Source: Somniosus microcephalus (taxonomy: Eukaryota). From it: a stretch of 64,000 nt of DNA. The notes under the pieces were generated by a model. The model worked only from the letters and a program-made list of their open reading frames with translations, was not told where the DNA came from and searched no databases. The position numbers and the translations under genes are program-made. The stretch covers positions 97,526,001 to 97,590,000 of the forward strand of contig CM126215.1 in assembly GCA_052327205.1 (NCBI GenBank), given 5' to 3'. Positions 63,345 to 64,000 of the stretch are shown piece by piece (the stretch's first letter is position 1; each line of letters starts with the position of its first letter).

Positions 63345-63740
63345 AGAAAAAAGACTTGCATTTATATAGTGCCTTTCACGACCACCAGACGCCCCAAAGC
63401 ACTTTACAGCCAATGAAGTACAATTGGAGTGTAATCACTTGTAGGAAACGTGGCAGCCAATTTGCGCACAGCAAGCTCCCACAAACAGCAATATGATAAT
63501 GACCAGATAATCTGTTTTAGTGATGTTGTTTGAGGGATAAATATTGGCCAGGACACTGGGGATAACTCCCCTGCTCTTCGAAATAGTGCCTTGGGATCTT
63601 TACATCCGAGCAGGCAAGGCCTTGGTTTAACGTCTCATCCGAAAGACTGCACCTCTGACAGTACAGCACTCCGTCAGTACTGCACTGGAGTGTCAGCCCA
63701 GATTTTTGTGCTCAAGTCTCTTGAGTGGGACTTGAACCTG
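63345..63740 (-). mobile_element. DeuSINE-like SINE
   Basis: Same family as 56660-57016 (GACTTGCATTTATATAG tail, Deu-like core, B box GTTCAAGTCC on minus). Confidence 0.75.
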
Positions 63741-63759
63741 AAGTGGAAGAGGAGGGTTA

Positions 63760-63870
63760 CATGAGAACATAAGAAATAGGAGCAGGATTAGGCCATAAGG
63801 CCCCTTGAGCCTGCTCATTCATTCAATAATATCATGGCTGATCATCAACCTCAATGCCACTTTCCCGCCC
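63760..63870 (-). mobile_element. CR1 3' end fragment
   Basis: AGAACATAAGAAATAGGAGCAGGA.. 3'UTR. Confidence 0.8.
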
Positions 63871-64000
63871 GCGGGTTGGGCTACAGAATGATAGTTAAGC
63901 TGGAAACGGGGTTTAGTCCCATGAATGATGATACATTAATGGTTAGCATAGCTGAAGCAGATCTGTGGGATATAGTGGCTATTTATGGGCTATACAAAGG

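Overview
Vertebrate genomic DNA, very probably from a shark or other cartilaginous fish, judged from the repeat families present (CR1, L2, V-SINE/HE1-like, DeuSINE-like, LF-SINE-like, Penelope-like). Positions 1-51000 are intergenic and packed with nested transposable elements. These include three near-complete Ty3/Gypsy LTR retrotransposons (one inside another), two solo LTRs, one full-length CR1 LINE with both ORFs open, many Penelope-like ends carrying minimal hammerhead ribozyme motifs, Harbinger/hAT/Tc1 MITEs and a 1.5-kb G-rich minisatellite. Positions 51270-62361 hold coding exons 1-4 of CHMP2B (ESCRT-III subunit, + strand), and the gene continues past the window. The most notable observations are: (1) the intact CR1 has no AUG for its ORF2 endonuclease but has a canonical -1 slippery heptamer (U UUA AAC) at the ORF1 stop that would fuse ORF1 to ORF2; (2) a young, near-perfect ~490-bp-arm Penelope palindrome with a target-site duplication (TSD) sits ~450 bp upstream of the CHMP2B start codon; (3) a 34-bp micro-inversion flips the poly(A) signal in one LTR of an otherwise near-identical LTR pair; (4) an 87-bp insertion is essentially a hammerhead core plus tail; (5) a LINE endonuclease ORF lies directly behind a tRNA-derived Pol III head. 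All coordinates were read by eye, and boundaries of old repeats are approximate.
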